This document shows, piece by piece, positions 10,926 through 20,145 of a stretch of 64,000 bases of DNA. The translations under genes were made by a program, and so were the position numbers. Every line of letters starts with the position of its first letter. The first letter of the stretch is position 1. The notes beneath the pieces were generated by a model. That model had not been told where the DNA came from, did no database searches, and saw only the letters and a program-made list of their open reading frames with translations. Source of the stretch: Candidatus Latescibacterota bacterium (GTDB lineage: Bacteria; Latescibacterota; UBA2968); the NCBI GenBank assembly GCA_965204375.1, contig OZ241986.1, positions 5,216,001-5,280,000 on the forward strand. The letters run 5' to 3'.

Positions 10926-11340
10926 CTGTCACTTGATATTCGTAATGCACGACCAATTGACTCACAAATGCACGGATGAGGCTCAGATAGATGCGCTGTC
11001 CTTCAGATGTGTTTTCCTCGACACTTTCGAGTTTTCCACAAATCTCTCGTCGTCGGACGCGAAGACTTTGTTCAATATAGTCCTTCAAGCGCTCGCCAAA
11101 GTTATTCTTTCTCCAAGTTTGGTGCCTGTCATCCTTTGCAACCTGTTTCTTGATGTAATCAAGTACATCCGTTACCTTGAGCGTGGAATTTGCAATATTT
11201 TCGAGGTTTGTCATCTGGCTTCGGTGACGAGATTCAAATGCCTGTGAAGCGGCGTCTCCAAGTTCCTTTGCCCGATTATAAAAATCATCGCGATCAGTGA
11301 CCTGAGCAATTTCTTTAAGGATTTTCATTTGTTGGTTCAT
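10912..11340 (-). CDS. Putative small subunit (Cas11/Csm2-like)
   Basis: SQMTNLENIA, YIKKQ..K...W, C-terminal AFVSQLVVHYEY; resembles the adjacent gene. Confidence 0.7.
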   Translation of the reverse strand: MNQQMKILKEIAQVTDRDDFYNRAKELGDAASQAFESRHRSQMTNLENIANSTLKVTDVLDYIKKQVAKDDRHQTWRKNNFGERLKDYIEQSLRVRRREICGKLESVEENTSEGQRIYLSLIRAFVSQLVVHYEYQVTVGGK

Positions 11341-12584
11341 AATTCGTTGACCTCCCTATGAAAGGCATCGGCAATCATAACTTGCCCAAAACCTTCTGAC
11401 CGGCGTTTGCCTATGCCCTTCTGTTCAATGTCGTAGAGTTTCTGATAAAAACGTTCATCAGGTGTTCCGTTATATCCAAACAGAAAAACAGAACCCATTG
11501 AAATCGCCCACTCTGCCGCTTTAGGCAATCCCAAAAGGGCGTTCCAGCCGATTACACGACGTTGGCCTGCGTTTTGGTAAATCAATGCTATATCCTCTAA
11601 ATCCCACATATCACGCAAGTAAGTCTGATCAAGAGCCATTTGATAACGCAACTGATGATCGAGAAGAATCGCATCAGATTGAAGCGTGATCGGAAAGTAG
11701 AATTCATGCGGCAAATCAACATCATATCTTTGCGCTTCAGTGTGAAACTTCTCACTAAATGCTCCAGCCCGCTTTTTTAAAGACTCCATAGCATCAGTCC
11801 TGAAAGCTTGGATTTGTGGAACGCCAAGTTTTCCCAATCCTCGCGTCAAGTTATTTCCTACTCTGAGTATCCCTTTATCCCCGACATCCTCTGCAAAATC
11901 GTAAAAATCATCATGTAGCGATTCATCAGCAAAGGATATAGTTCCCCAGAACGATTGTCCTTCATTAAGGACTTCACGATTATAGAGGATACCTTCTTGC
12001 ACGGTTCCTGTTTCTCGACTGATTCCCGTTCGGGTCAATAAACGAGTCTTTACTTCTGATTGACCAATTTCCGCAACATCCTCCCCACGACGGTAGAAGC
12101 CAGAAAACGTATCAAGCAACTCGCCACATCTTCCATGATTATCAGAGTAGGTGCAATTCTTATGTGGTTCGAGGATTTCAACCTTTATCTGCCCACTCAA
12201 TGCAAACAATCCCCAATAGATGAGGCTATCCATGACTCCGTGACGCTCTTTATCGCGTTCATTCGCCTTAAAACGGAAACCGCTGAATCGTTTACAAGAG
12301 CGAGCGGTCTTCGGTATCGGTTTTATTGGTTGCTCATTGTCTTGCAGATCAGTGTCTGAAAAATCATTAAAGTTTGCCGGATAGAGATTGCCAAAATGGA
12401 TCTCTCCAGAGAGGAAAAACTTTGCAAATTCATCTTTATCATCACGAGCTTTGCGATGCGCCGCCGCAAACGCCCCTAACAATGCGGTACCGGGAATGTA
12501 TTTGAGTGTATTAAAGCTTGCCGTTGAACGAGACACACGAAAGTTCAGCGGAGATTCCGATGAAACGATCAGTCTTGCTTTCAT
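11337..12584 (-). CDS. csx10: Csx10 (Cas5 group RAMP)
   Basis: YIPGTALLGA, FGNLYP, RTGISRETGT, VGNNLTRGLG, GWN...LPK, GIGKRRSEGFG. Confidence 0.9.
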   Translation of the reverse strand: MKARLIVSSESPLNFRVSRSTASFNTLKYIPGTALLGAFAAAHRKARDDKDEFAKFFLSGEIHFGNLYPANFNDFSDTDLQDNEQPIKPIPKTARSCKRFSGFRFKANERDKERHGVMDSLIYWGLFALSGQIKVEILEPHKNCTYSDNHGRCGELLDTFSGFYRRGEDVAEIGQSEVKTRLLTRTGISRETGTVQEGILYNREVLNEGQSFWGTISFADESLHDDFYDFAEDVGDKGILRVGNNLTRGLGKLGVPQIQAFRTDAMESLKKRAGAFSEKFHTEAQRYDVDLPHEFYFPITLQSDAILLDHQLRYQMALDQTYLRDMWDLEDIALIYQNAGQRRVIGWNALLGLPKAAEWAISMGSVFLFGYNGTPDERFYQKLYDIEQKGIGKRRSEGFGQVMIADAFHREVNEL

Positions 12585-13315
12585 TCCGCATCCTCCTGTG
12601 CCATTTCATAGTATTCCAATTCACCCAGACTTTCCAATAACTTTGCAACTTCAATTGTTTTATCATTGATTGTCATTTTTTGTATTTTGCAATCATATTT
12701 GCCCATTCCCGTTGATTTGTTTGCGCCGATTCGGTCATTGGTACAAATGCCTGCAACCAATAACAGCAGCGAATAGCTCCATTCATTTTCGTCGATATGC
12801 AATCCTTCGAGATAGCCGTAAATTCGCCCTTCAAAGCAGAGTGTCTTGATGCCAAATTCGCTTTGGAATAGGGCTTGTTCACGCACAGTACCCAGAACTC
12901 GAGATATACTCGTTTGTGAGCGCTCCTCTGTCTGGAGGTGGATGTATCTCTTTGACTTTTGAGAATTATCAAAGAGATCTTGATCTTCTTTAGTCATTGT
13001 TGCATTGTCGAAATAGAGTTCGCCCGGTTTGTAGCGAGAGCCGAAGATTCTATCAACAATGTCGATAGTATTGCAGAAATCCGAAACCGCTTCTTGCTCA
13101 TCATGTGGACTGACAGCCCGGAGGCCAACCAGACGAGCGATCTGTTCACACCTCTCGCGCAATACACCTTTCAGCGTTGAGCCAGGAATATAGAGATGAT
13201 CGTGCGCATCTCTACTGACACTGCGGTCTAATAAATTTCGACGCAATCCAGTCCCAAAGTGGAAGGGCGTTTCAAACTGGATATAGTAATCAATGCTAAT
13301 AAAGTCTCGTCGCAT
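12581..13315 (-). CDS. csm3: Cas7-group RAMP (Csm3-like)
   Basis: FHFGTG, YIPGSTLKGVLRE, RIFGS, IGANKSTGMG. Confidence 0.88.
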   Translation of the reverse strand: MRRDFISIDYYIQFETPFHFGTGLRRNLLDRSVSRDAHDHLYIPGSTLKGVLRERCEQIARLVGLRAVSPHDEQEAVSDFCNTIDIVDRIFGSRYKPGELYFDNATMTKEDQDLFDNSQKSKRYIHLQTEERSQTSISRVLGTVREQALFQSEFGIKTLCFEGRIYGYLEGLHIDENEWSYSLLLLVAGICTNDRIGANKSTGMGKYDCKIQKMTINDKTIEVAKLLESLGELEYYEMAQEDAE

Positions 13316-13332
13316 AAAAATTTACCTCACTC

Positions 13333-14868
13333 TTATTCGATAAAATCGTAAAGTTCAATGAGGTCCAAAAATGGGGTATAATAATCGTCACCCTCCTTGA
13401 ACCAAGGAAAACTGGGAATTTGCTGATTGGTAGTGAAATAGGTGGGAAAGTCCATAAATTTCTTCTTTCCTTTTTCTTCCTGGATGTGTCTCAGGAACGC
13501 CAAGCCTTCTAAAAGCGATAGATTTCGACTTTGAAAAATCGCATCTTGAAGTCCTTTTAGTTTTCCGCGTGGGAAATTTTCTCCTTTCAAGTAGCGAATA
13601 TTCTCAACGATATATCGCAGATCTGTCAAGCTATAGGGACGCAGTGTTCGATAGAGACTTTGGTCTTCATTGCTAAGCGTCTCGCTGTAGTAGGCGTCAA
13701 AATCGAGACTATTGGAATTACTCTCTACGATAAAGTTGATCAGACCTTCCTTTGCCTCCTCTTGTCCGCGTCTTTTGCGTTTCGTAGCTTCCATTTTCGC
13801 AAATTTCAACGCCTGTTCAGCCAACGTCAGTAAACTCGAAAATGGAAATGTTGTATGTGCGATAGCCACGCCAACTGATAATTTTAAAGGTCTGCCCAGG
13901 TCTGTGCTGGTGAGTTCGCTGAATTTTTCGGCGATTTGTATGGAAACTTCAATAGCTTTGTGTGCCGTTGTGACCATCACCAAATCATCGCCCCCAAGTA
14001 TCAGAATGTCGAATGGAAAATACTTTTCCTTGTCAGACGGTAGATATTCACAAATCGCCTCTCGCACCGCCTGATAGATAGCATCATCAACCATCTGAGA
14101 AAACTGTTTGACTTCGTCCAAATTGCTCAACTGATCCAGTTCCCTGCCCATACTATCCCCATCTGCATAGATGAGTCCCATGTAGTTCGTGGGCTTAGAC
14201 ATTTCGCCCAAATTATTAAAATCTTCGGGGCGGGTTTTACCTGCTATCTGATAACCTGCCCCTTTTAAGTCATATAGCAAGCGAGGCCAGAGTTTGTATT
14301 CCACATCTTCTTTGCTGTTCCCACTGATAAAGTCTTCAATATCTGCTCTAATTTCGTTATTCTTATCTCGTTTATTTTTGCAACTTCCGCAAAGCAATTC
14401 AAATTCAGGCTCTGTAACGCTTTGGTTTGCGTACTGTTCACCACAAGAATCGCAAGTTCTCAAAAATGGATGCGTCACAAGCGGTTGATTCAAGGTCTTT
14501 CCATCCTTTTTTAGACGGAGTCGATAGCCAAGTGTTCGAAGGTAAGGTTTAATATCATCTTGATTTGTGAAGTTATCAGGTAGGTCTGTTACAGCACTTG
14601 TGATAGACCCTGTGCGTGTCTTCAAATGATATTCCTGTTCTACGGCCTGAATCAGTGCCTCTGCGGAAGTTTCAGGTACAGTAAACATCCCAGAGCCACC
14701 ATTTGCGTAAATTTTCTTTGCATTGAAGTTCTGGCTCTTTTCGACCATATCCCGACGGTTCAATTCATCCAGAATCGCGCTTGCTCCTCGAATTTCTTTG
14801 AGCTTGTTAGTTGCGAAAATATATTCTTTGATACGGTCTGTATCAAACGAGACTAACTTTTGTCCCAT
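13333..14868 (-). CDS. cas10: Cas10, type III-D, without HD domain; Palm2 cyclase motif intact
   Basis: Starts directly at Palm1 (DTDRIKEYIF..NKLKEIRGAS), CxxC/CxxC zinc finger, YADGDSMG, LGGDDLV. Confidence 0.95.
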   Translation of the reverse strand: MGQKLVSFDTDRIKEYIFATNKLKEIRGASAILDELNRRDMVEKSQNFNAKKIYANGGSGMFTVPETSAEALIQAVEQEYHLKTRTGSITSAVTDLPDNFTNQDDIKPYLRTLGYRLRLKKDGKTLNQPLVTHPFLRTCDSCGEQYANQSVTEPEFELLCGSCKNKRDKNNEIRADIEDFISGNSKEDVEYKLWPRLLYDLKGAGYQIAGKTRPEDFNNLGEMSKPTNYMGLIYADGDSMGRELDQLSNLDEVKQFSQMVDDAIYQAVREAICEYLPSDKEKYFPFDILILGGDDLVMVTTAHKAIEVSIQIAEKFSELTSTDLGRPLKLSVGVAIAHTTFPFSSLLTLAEQALKFAKMEATKRKRRGQEEAKEGLINFIVESNSNSLDFDAYYSETLSNEDQSLYRTLRPYSLTDLRYIVENIRYLKGENFPRGKLKGLQDAIFQSRNLSLLEGLAFLRHIQEEKGKKKFMDFPTYFTTNQQIPSFPWFKEGDDYYTPFLDLIELYDFIE

Positions 14869-14964
14869 AAAAATTCTCCTTTCAAATTGAACCGTATTGT
14901 CCCCATGTATAGATTTCTTTTTTTTATGTCGTTCTTATGACCGCAGAATATTACTCCATCCTCA

Positions 14965-15893
14965 GAAGCTGTTTTAAAACCCTGGCGTTTAAGCAAGTCT
15001 GTTAATTAAGAGATAAATCATACCGATGTGAATAAAGGCTTCACTGTTGTCCGTTAAGCGTTCATAATCCTTTGACAGTCGGCGGAAATTGAATAACCAA
15101 GCAAAGGTGCGTTCAATGACCCAACGGCGTTTGACTATTTGAAAGCCTTCCCCTTTTGGGGTAACGACCTCAAGATCAATCTTATGTGTTTGTTTTCTAT
15201 CAGCGACCCATTCCTTGAGGTCTTCGCCGCGATATCCGCCATCAACCCACAGCTTGCGTAAGCGTGTCACGCCTGTTTCAAAATACTGATTGAGCACCTT
15301 TTTGAGGCCATCACGATCTTGGAGATTAGCCGGTGAGACATAGGTGCTGATGACCAGTCCGAGGGTATCGACAAGCAGATGGCGTTTTCGTCCATTGATC
15401 TTCTTTCCCGCATCGTAACCCTTTGAGTCTGCTTGTGTTGCTGTCTTAACACTTTGGCTGTCAATACAGCCTGCTGATGCGTCAGGCTTGCGCCCTTGCC
15501 GTTTGCGCTCCCTACGTGAGAGTGCTTGTTGCACCTGCTGAAAGATGTCTTGCTCGCGCCATTTGTTGAAATAGCCATACACGGTTTGCCAACAGCCAAA
15601 GGTATGAGGCAGCATGCGCCATTGGCAGCCCGTCTTCGTCAGATACAGGATGCCATCAAACACGCGTCGCAAATTGGCAGGTGGACGTCCGGGACCTCCT
15701 TTTTGCCATTTGCGTTTGGGCAACAAGGGGATCAGCAGTTGCCATTGCGCTTGGGTGACATTTGTCGGATATTGTCTTGGCGTATTCATCGCATGTCCTT
15801 TCTTTTTAAGGTTTTTGGATACCCTAAATTTGGACTGATGAATACGCTTTTTCAACTCTTTTTTTTATTTCTCCATAATTTTAAAACAGCTTC
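14965..15893 (-). mobile_element. IS5-family (IS1031-like) insertion sequence
   Basis: 15-bp perfect terminal inverted repeats GAAGCTGTTTTAAAA (14965-14979 / 15879-15893); 3-bp TCA target duplication (14962-14964 / 15894-15896). Confidence 0.93.
14989..15789 (-). CDS. IS5-family DDE transposase
   Basis: TGCQWRMLP, IDSQSVK, GRKRHLLVD, VDGGY, KRRWVIERTFAWL. Confidence 0.95.
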   Translation of the reverse strand: MNTPRQYPTNVTQAQWQLLIPLLPKRKWQKGGPGRPPANLRRVFDGILYLTKTGCQWRMLPHTFGCWQTVYGYFNKWREQDIFQQVQQALSRRERKRQGRKPDASAGCIDSQSVKTATQADSKGYDAGKKINGRKRHLLVDTLGLVISTYVSPANLQDRDGLKKVLNQYFETGVTRLRKLWVDGGYRGEDLKEWVADRKQTHKIDLEVVTPKGEGFQIVKRRWVIERTFAWLFNFRRLSKDYERLTDNSEAFIHIGMIYLLINRLA

Positions 15894-15946
15894 TCATGAA
15901 AATAGAGCACCAGAGTAAGCGGTCTATCTCTTTCTCCCTTCACACG

Positions 15947-16297
15947 TCAATCTCCAAACCACTCGGCTACTTTTTCTTTTGCATGGGCTTTAATCTCCGG
16001 CGTTACATGAGCCGCTACGGTTGCGAGAGCTGCGACCAGCACACCCAGATCATCGCCGTAGCCGACGGCGGGGGTCACGTCGGGAATCGCGTCAACTGGG
16101 AAGATGAAGTATCCCAGTGCCCCTTTGATGACTGTTTTGGCCCAGAGTGGCGTATCAGGAGCCTGCGCGGTGTAGTAGAGTGATAGGGCATTCTCTACGA
16201 CTTTCCGTCCCGCAGGGCTGGCGAAGTTGAGCAGTTTTTTCCAGAAGCTGTCCTGAGAGTAATATTTCCCATACCCCTGCTTGTTTCGATTGTTCAT
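15947..16297 (-). CDS. YkvA/DUF1232 family small membrane protein
   Basis: TPLWAK..I.GALGYFIFPVDAIPD.TP.VGYGDD signature; GGAGG RBS. Confidence 0.9.
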   Translation of the reverse strand: MNNRNKQGYGKYYSQDSFWKKLLNFASPAGRKVVENALSLYYTAQAPDTPLWAKTVIKGALGYFIFPVDAIPDVTPAVGYGDDLGVLVAALATVAAHVTPEIKAHAKEKVAEWFGD

Positions 16298-16360
16298 GTC
16301 TTTCCTCCATTCGGTTTTACTGCGGATTTAAAAAACTTTTTTGCGCTCACCTCTTATTTA

Positions 16361-16376
16361 TGCAATCCGCGTGCCA
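16361..16376 (-). promoter_or_regulatory. sigma54 -24/-12 promoter upstream of the DUF1232 gene and cas10 operon
   Basis: Minus strand reads TGGCACGCGGATTGCA, matching TGGCACG-N4-TTGC(A/T). Confidence 0.9.
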
Positions 16377-16474
16377 AAATGGAAGAAAATTTAAATTTAT
16401 TTTTTAATTTATATAAAAACAATATGTTATAAGAATCTTTTTATTTTTCAAACATGACGCTAATCTGTTCAAGC

Positions 16475-16509
16475 GTGCAATTCTGCACGTTTGCCGTGCA
16501 ATTTTGCAC
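16475..16509. promoter_or_regulatory. Paired palindromic upstream activator sites
   Basis: GTGCAATTCTGCAC (16475-16488) and GTGCAATTTTGCAC (16496-16509), 21 bp apart, ~100-130 bp upstream of the sigma54 promoter. Confidence 0.75.
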
Positions 16510-16535
16510 TTATTCGACTATATGCTGCTCTTCTT

Positions 16536-17492
16536 TCACACTTCATCCTTCACACTTCTTCCTTTTATAGCGTATTGTCCCATCCCAAAGCTGGTCCACT
16601 TGCCCACATGCATTGGTACGCCCAGTGCCAGTAGTGGGTGGAATTGTGTCATGTCGCCTTCAAAGACGACATTTCCTGTGAAACCGCTCACGTTCATGCG
16701 TCGGTTCTTGCGGTTTGAATATCGCTCCCATGTGCGCCAGGTCAAGTTGTGGGATGTGGTTTGAACATTCTCTGCCGTTGAGATATAATCGGCATAATCC
16801 AAATCTGGCGGTCCATCTGCGTGAAATGCGGCCAATGCTGAATACCGCCGCAACAGTCCGCGTATGAGCACGGGGAAATCCAATCCGCGCTGCAATATCC
16901 GGTCTGCTTTGAGTTGTGTGGGGGTTACAAATGAGAGGCGAATCCGGGATCCGATTTTGTTGTGCATTAAATCGCTCGCTGCCAGATGTGGCACATCTTG
17001 TAACATCTCGCTCGTCCCGTCGTACACCGTCTGCCATGTTCCATCCGGGTGCAGAGCTTCGCCTGAAATGAGATCGCATTTGCCGCGTCCGCGTCCAATA
17101 CCTGTGTCTCCCATTCGCTGGAAGGTGTAGATGAAATAGGGCATGTAATTCAGTGCTCGGCCAATGAGGGTCAGACCAATCGCAAACTCGTCGTCCGGTG
17201 CGTAATCGGTTTTGGTTTCCAATGGCGGTTCGATCAAATAGGGATGGGGTGCCTCGCTGTACCCGCGAAAAATGCCTTGTGCATTCTCCACTGGCGTGTC
17301 AAATATGTATGGATACACGCATTGCGTCCGAACGAGACATCGCTCGCACTCGCCGTGTTGCACAATACAAACCGCACGCTTAAATGACACGCCAAAAGCC
17401 CCGCGAAATGTGGAGCCTTTATAGGGTGGCAGGCGCAGATTATCTCGTGCTTTGAAGTGCAGGCGCATATATGCGAATTCGAGTGTAAACAT
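16536..17492 (-). CDS. cas6: Cas6 pre-crRNA endoribonuclease
   Basis: YKGSTFRGAFG, CxxC..C, PHPYLIEPP, F.TP, HVGKWTSFGMGQY G-loop. Confidence 0.95.
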   Translation of the reverse strand: MFTLEFAYMRLHFKARDNLRLPPYKGSTFRGAFGVSFKRAVCIVQHGECERCLVRTQCVYPYIFDTPVENAQGIFRGYSEAPHPYLIEPPLETKTDYAPDDEFAIGLTLIGRALNYMPYFIYTFQRMGDTGIGRGRGKCDLISGEALHPDGTWQTVYDGTSEMLQDVPHLAASDLMHNKIGSRIRLSFVTPTQLKADRILQRGLDFPVLIRGLLRRYSALAAFHADGPPDLDYADYISTAENVQTTSHNLTWRTWERYSNRKNRRMNVSGFTGNVVFEGDMTQFHPLLALGVPMHVGKWTSFGMGQYAIKGRSVKDEV

Positions 17493-17629
17493 CCATATCT
17501 CCTTTGTATGATGGAACTATAAAACTCTAAGCCATCACGCACAGCGCGCTATTCCGTCAACCGCTGTCCTCCTTGTTTGCATTCAACTTTGAAGGCCACT
17601 ACATATCGTCTATCCACCTGAGCAATTTG

Positions 17630-17715
17630 CGCTGTGCCAGCCCCTCGGCGTTTGAGAGCGGCATTTTTTGCCTACTTTTTTTTGCTGGAGAAAAAAAGTA
17701 GGTCGCCGAAGGCAT
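17630..17715. repeat. REP-like palindromic element in the cas6 5' region
   Basis: Hairpin CCTACTTTTTTT-TGCTGGAG-AAAAAAAGTAGG with GC-rich flanks. Confidence 0.5.
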
Positions 17716-17793
17716 AAAAAGAAAAATCTTAAAAAAAGCTTAATACGTCGTTGTACCACAACACAAGAATTATGTGCACTCCTCAATTGTATA

Positions 17794-17809
17794 TGCAATC
17801 TGCGTGCCA
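17794..17809 (-). promoter_or_regulatory. sigma54 -24/-12 promoter upstream of cas6
   Basis: Minus strand reads TGGCACGCAGATTGCA; 15/16 identical to the site at 16361-16376. Confidence 0.9.
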
Positions 17810-17908
17810 AACACAAAAAAATCTCCGATTTTTCCTCAGAGATCAAAAAAACAACGGGTTGTATGATATTTTTTTGAAACAGGAAATGGACAACAGTTAT
17901 GTTTAGCC

Positions 17909-18011
17909 GTGCAAATATACACACGTTTGTTATAAGAAAAAATTAAAAATAACTGCTATACCAACATATCGGGCCAATGTGCATTTTTGCACACCAGATG
18001 CAATTCTGCAC
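17909..18011. promoter_or_regulatory. Palindromic upstream activator sites for the second sigma54 promoter
   Basis: GTGCATTTTTGCAC (17979-17992), ATGCAATTCTGCAC (17998-18011), degenerate GTGCAAATATACAC (17909-17922). Confidence 0.7.
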
Positions 18012-18059
18012 GCCTTTCAATTCATATATTTGGGATTTTCGGTCCCTTTTCTCTGCAAA

Positions 18060-19736
18060 TCAAGTCAAGCCATATTCTTTGGCTCTTCTACTCAGCGTTG
18101 ACCGATCCATACGTAGCATCTTCGCGGCGTGTGCAATAACTCCCTGCGTTTGCTCCAGCGCGTCTTGAATGATCTTTTTCTCAAATTGCGCTACCTGCTC
18201 GTCGAACGAACCCTGAAAAATATCCGTATCCTCTTGATCAAATAACACATCGGGCGTAATCCATTGATCTTCTGGTGTCACAATAGCTGCCCGTTCAATA
18301 GCATTCTTTAACCCTCGGATATTGCGGGGCCAATCATAAGCCTGCAACGCACGCATAGCGTCCTCTGTAAAACCCGCAAATTCCTTTCCTTCATTCTCAG
18401 AAAAACTTTTCAAAAAGTGATGGGCAAGCAATGGAATATCTTCTCGTCTTTCCTTGAGTGGTGGCAACTCAATTTTTAAAGAAAAACGGCTTAGCAGATC
18501 GCCTCGAAACGCGCTTTCCTCTGTATTCAGGTTTTCATTGGTCGCGGCAATAAGGCGCACATTCACCGATATATCTGTCTCGCTGCCCATCCGTCGTATC
18601 ACACCGTCTTCCATGACTCGTAACAACATGCCCTGCACATCGGGTCGAAGCGAATTGATTTCATCGAGAAAGAGCGTGCCATTATTTGCTTGTTCAAACA
18701 AACCCTGACGCTGCTTGTTTGCGTTCGTAAATGCTCCCTTTTCATGACCAAACAATTGACTTTCCGCCAGATCTCCTAATCTCGCACAGTTTTCTGGGCG
18801 ATATTTTCCTGTTCGATCACTCGCTTTGTGCAGTGCAGAAGCAACCAGTTCTTTGCCAGATCCGGTGGAGCCTGTGATCAATACTGAATGACTATAAGGC
18901 GCATATAGTTTAATGTCCTTCTTAACATCCTGAATGCTGTCACTCTGACCAATAATTTCTGGAAACGCATCTTCTGCGCCCGATGCAATCCGCTCTATAT
19001 ACTGTTCTTGCATCTGCTTTGCGTAATCATTGACTGCCTGCTGTGTCAATCTCAGGGTGTCTTCAGTATATTGCCCGGGGGCTACAAATTGCACCACATC
19101 GCGCAATCGACAAAATGGCACGTCAGCCAATTCGATGCTCACAGTATCGCTCATGACTTTCTGGCCCCTGACGATTAGAGATTCCTCCTGTCCTGTACTG
19201 CGATTAAATACCATAATCGGTTCAGGCTTCTCTGGTGGATAATAATAGGACGCATCGCTTCGTTCAATCTCGGGCACGGAAACCAGAACGTGATAAAGCC
19301 GGTCTTGTGGCCGACCAAAAAAGTGAATGGCTGCCCCCAGTATAAAGCCCATAGATTTTCTTCCACCGGCAAGCGAGCAGTGCAATGCCACTTGATCATC
19401 CTGCGTCAGTGTCTCTATCAATTCAAAAATGCCGTCTCGCGCAATGCGATTCTCGTCAGAGGTGCGGATATCGTCTAAAAAGTTGCCCTTGGCGTCTTCG
19501 AATACGTGTATCTGATCGGTGTCGAAAACAGGCTTGGGATCGATATTGTAATCCGACAGCATCTTTTCAAAGCGGCCCTCGTCTAATAGGCGTTTCTGGC
19601 AGATTTCTTTGCCTACGGTTGTCGTTATCACAAATACTTCATTGATGGGCACCTTGCGCTGGACACGCAATGCCCAGAAGGTTTCTGTCATAACTTGTGG
19701 TGTGTTGCCGACTACAGCGACCAATTTGTGTTGCAT
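18060..19736 (-). CDS. CARF (NE0113/Csm6-type) - sigma54-interacting AAA+ ATPase - Fis-type HTH transcriptional activator
   Basis: CARF: VVGNTPQVMTET, LDDIRT, LHCSLAGGRKSM, GRPQDRLYHVLV, YYYP, LADVPFCRL. AAA+: GSTGSGKE, ESQLFGHEKGAFTNA, GTLFLDEI, RLIAATN, FRGDLLSRF, WPRNIRGL. HTH: AAKMLRMDRSTL. Confidence 0.93.
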   Translation of the reverse strand: MQHKLVAVVGNTPQVMTETFWALRVQRKVPINEVFVITTTVGKEICQKRLLDEGRFEKMLSDYNIDPKPVFDTDQIHVFEDAKGNFLDDIRTSDENRIARDGIFELIETLTQDDQVALHCSLAGGRKSMGFILGAAIHFFGRPQDRLYHVLVSVPEIERSDASYYYPPEKPEPIMVFNRSTGQEESLIVRGQKVMSDTVSIELADVPFCRLRDVVQFVAPGQYTEDTLRLTQQAVNDYAKQMQEQYIERIASGAEDAFPEIIGQSDSIQDVKKDIKLYAPYSHSVLITGSTGSGKELVASALHKASDRTGKYRPENCARLGDLAESQLFGHEKGAFTNANKQRQGLFEQANNGTLFLDEINSLRPDVQGMLLRVMEDGVIRRMGSETDISVNVRLIAATNENLNTEESAFRGDLLSRFSLKIELPPLKERREDIPLLAHHFLKSFSENEGKEFAGFTEDAMRALQAYDWPRNIRGLKNAIERAAIVTPEDQWITPDVLFDQEDTDIFQGSFDEQVAQFEKKIIQDALEQTQGVIAHAAKMLRMDRSTLSRRAKEYGLT

Positions 19737-19761
19737 ATCGTTATCCTCTTGAGACATCTCA

Positions 19762-19801
19762 TTGACTTGTATAGTATAACACAGTAATTTTGAAATATCA
19801 A
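19762..19801. promoter_or_regulatory. Overlapping divergent sigma70-type promoters, copy 1
   Basis: Minus strand TTGATA-N17-TATACT; plus strand TTGACT-N17-TAATTT. Confidence 0.75.
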
Positions 19802-19839
19802 TCTATGACTGTTTGAAATACGTACCAGTGGAGAGGACA

Positions 19840-20025
19840 ATGGAAACGACGCTTGATTTGTCAGGATTGCCCAAAAATCTCGTTGCGGTTTGGAAAGCGC
19901 GGGGTGAGCATAGCGATGGACTACAGCCCATTATCAAGCGGAAGGTGGCGCCGTCGGAATTTATATTGAAGGATTCGGATGTTGTTGGCGGTGAAGTGAC
20001 TCGAGCAATGGCGTATGATGAATAA
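19840..20025 (+). CDS. Small antitoxin-like hypothetical protein
   Basis: GAGGA RBS, 61 aa, C-terminal TRAMAYDE resembles VapB-type tails; no toxin ORF follows. Confidence 0.45.
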   Translation: METTLDLSGLPKNLVAVWKARGEHSDGLQPIIKRKVAPSEFILKDSDVVGGEVTRAMAYDE

Positions 20026-20145
20026 TTCCTGAATTCTCAAAGAACAAGAGTCGCTGTTTTATATAATCTGCAGATGGGGCTAATCGGGTTTGCACTCTAT
20101 TTGACAGGTCATCGATGGGATCCTTCTTACCTGAGGATGATACGA

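Noticed and set aside
17610-17924. ORFs of 104 and 69 aa between cas6 and the activator
   Set aside because: They are low complexity, overlap the sigma54 promoter and REP-like hairpin, and show no recognisable motif.
18060-19736. Calling the activator RtcR
   Set aside because: The CARF has NE0113/Csm6-type motifs and there is no rtcA or rtcB in the window; the context is CRISPR. An RNA-end ligand remains a testable alternative.
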